DNA of 17,281 nucleotides from assembly GCA_031422435.1 (NCBI GenBank), contig JANPLU010000022.1:1-17281 (forward strand). Direction: 5' to 3'. The notes under the pieces were generated by a model, which was given only the letters and a program-made list of their open reading frames with translations, was not told the origin of the DNA and searched no databases. The translations under genes and the position numbers were made by a program. Numbering within the stretch: position 1 is the stretch's first letter; each line of letters begins with the position of its first letter. The DNA comes from Acaryochloridaceae cyanobacterium VAR_48_metabat_390 (GTDB taxonomy: Bacteria; Cyanobacteriota; Cyanobacteriia; Thermosynechococcales; Thermosynechococcaceae). Shown here one piece after another: positions 15,990 to 17,281 of this stretch.

Positions 15990-16526
15990 ATGGGGGATAT
16001 TTCTTTCCAAAAAAAAGCTAAAAGTTCCTCAGTATGGAATATTAGAAAAAGAACGGAAGTAGGATACACGTTAATTGAACTATTGGTTGTTATCATCATA
16101 ACAGGTGTTTTATCTGCAATAGCTCTACCTAGCTTTCTCAATCAAGCTGGAAAAGCAAGAGGAAGTGAAGCAAAATCTATCCTAGGCAGTGTTAACCGTG
16201 CTCAACAGGCCTATCGCTTTGAAAAAGGTTCGTTTGCGTCAGATATGAACGAACTGCAAGACTCTATCAAACTAGCATCAATTGGACAACACTATAATTA
16301 CACCGTATCTGGAGCACAAAATACAGCTAGAGCTTCTGCTGAGCCTGTGAAAATAAACTTTAAGGTTTATGATTCTGGGATTGCAATGGGTACGGACGAG
16401 CGCTTTGCCCAGGTAATCTGTGAGAGTGTAGGCGTAAAGGGGTCTGTTAGTGATGCGGCAATAGCTCAACCTTTGTCTGGAACTTCTCCATCTGCTACTT
16501 GTGCAGATGGTAATATAGTGCGTTGA
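15990..16526 (+). CDS. Second type IV pilin-like protein (PilA2-like); start at 15990 or 15972
   Basis: G|YTLIELLVVIIITGVLSAIALPSFLNQAGKARGSEAK, nearly identical to the PilA1 N-helix; QVICES...C Cys pair. Confidence 0.88.
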   Translation: MGDISFQKKAKSSSVWNIRKRTEVGYTLIELLVVIIITGVLSAIALPSFLNQAGKARGSEAKSILGSVNRAQQAYRFEKGSFASDMNELQDSIKLASIGQHYNYTVSGAQNTARASAEPVKINFKVYDSGIAMGTDERFAQVICESVGVKGSVSDAAIAQPLSGTSPSATCADGNIVR

Positions 16527-16548
16527 GGTCATGGAATTGTAATAATCT

Positions 16549-17281
16549 ATGCAATGGCATCCCCAGATTGAGCAATATTTGATCGCAGAGCAGTATAACG
16601 AGGTCACGAATTTCTACGAGCACGCAATTGAAGAAAGTCCAGATAATGTTCTAAACTATTGGTACTTAGGGCTAGCCTATCTCATCTCTGAGCAAGAAGA
16701 GTTAGCTCAAACCACTTGGATGTTCGGAATTGTTCAAGCTCAAGAATCTGAGGAACAAGACTATGGCGAAGATCCTACTTTTGGTCTTAAAAATGTACTA
16801 ATTGAAGAAATTAAGCGCCAGCGTCAATTTGGAAATACTAGAATTGCATGGGTAATTAGTCAGCATTTAAGAGAAATTGCTCCTACAGAAATAAAGAATC
16901 TCTTCGAGATTGTTGAGCTATCTATTGAGCTTGGATGTTTTGAACCAAAATTATTAAAAGAATTAAACGTATCGAAAATCATTTTAGATAATTCTCAAGA
17001 CTTTGTTGATTATCAGCTTCTTCTAGAACTCTTGAGAAAAATTTTTGAGTATCCTTCTCAAGAAGCCATTGAACTCTGTAAGGTCTGTCTGGGTTTCATC
17101 AGCAGTAATACTAATAGTATTCCGCAACTATTAAATATTGCAGTTAGAGTAGGAGATTATCTTGATTTCCCGGAGTATGCCGCAGATTTGCTAGAGCTGT
17201 GTCTTGAAATCGAGCCTCATAATACTGAAATACTTAAGCATCTTTGCAATTTCTCTACTAATTCAGGCCGTTTTCAAAGGG
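16549..17281 (+). CDS. TPR protein, probable N-terminus of a SPINDLY/GT41 O-linked GlcNAc transferase (OgtA-like); truncated by the window end
   Basis: Open frame from ATG 16549 to the end: MQWHPQIEQYLIAEQYNEVTNFYEHAIEESPDNVLNYWYLGLAYLISEQEELAQTTW...AWVISQHLREIAP..., the N-terminal pattern of cyanobacterial pilA-linked OGT proteins. The catalytic domain is not visible. Confidence 0.75.
   Translation, partial: MQWHPQIEQYLIAEQYNEVTNFYEHAIEESPDNVLNYWYLGLAYLISEQEELAQTTWMFGIVQAQESEEQDYGEDPTFGLKNVLIEEIKRQRQFGNTRIAWVISQHLREIAPTEIKNLFEIVELSIELGCFEPKLLKELNVSKIILDNSQDFVDYQLLLELLRKIFEYPSQEAIELCKVCLGFISSNTNSIPQLLNIAVRVGDYLDFPEYAADLLELCLEIEPHNTEILKHLCNFSTNSGRFQR

Noticed and set aside
15208..16526. Neisseria-like pilin antigenic variation or DGR-type template/variable repeat between the two pilins
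   Set aside because: There is no long nucleotide identity between the genes, differences are not adenine-restricted, both genes are complete, and no reverse transcriptase or recombinase is in the window.

Overview
Cyanobacterial chromosomal window; I counted 18 copies of the HIP1 octamer GCGATCGC, and ndhS, DUF760, Uma2 and cyanobacterial-type pilins are present. The left part is mostly housekeeping: a hypothetical gene with extreme C/A codon skew, mrp/apbC-rodA-ndhS, infC-larB(cpmA-like), a CHAD protein, pdxH, DUF760 and pgsA. The centre holds a ~1050-aa multidomain protein (uncharacterised N-terminal domain, caspase-like domain with the catalytic His replaced by Tyr, EF-hand-like loop, one transmembrane helix, 7 WD40 repeats), then an intact Uma2 gene, divergent ggt/deoC and a decayed second Uma2 copy. 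The right end is an AT-rich, HIP1-free type IV pilin locus: a GC-rich structured element, a SigF-type promoter, pilA1, three stacked inverted repeats, a second pilin, and the 5' part of a TPR protein resembling SPINDLY/GT41 O-GlcNAc transferases (absent from the ORF track, truncated by the window). I recognised no tRNA, rRNA, CRISPR array or transposase. The best candidates for novelty are the membrane-anchored pseudo-orthocaspase-WD40 protein, the structured element upstream of pilA1, and the local strand-skew tract. All family calls come from motif recognition by eye, not from database searches.
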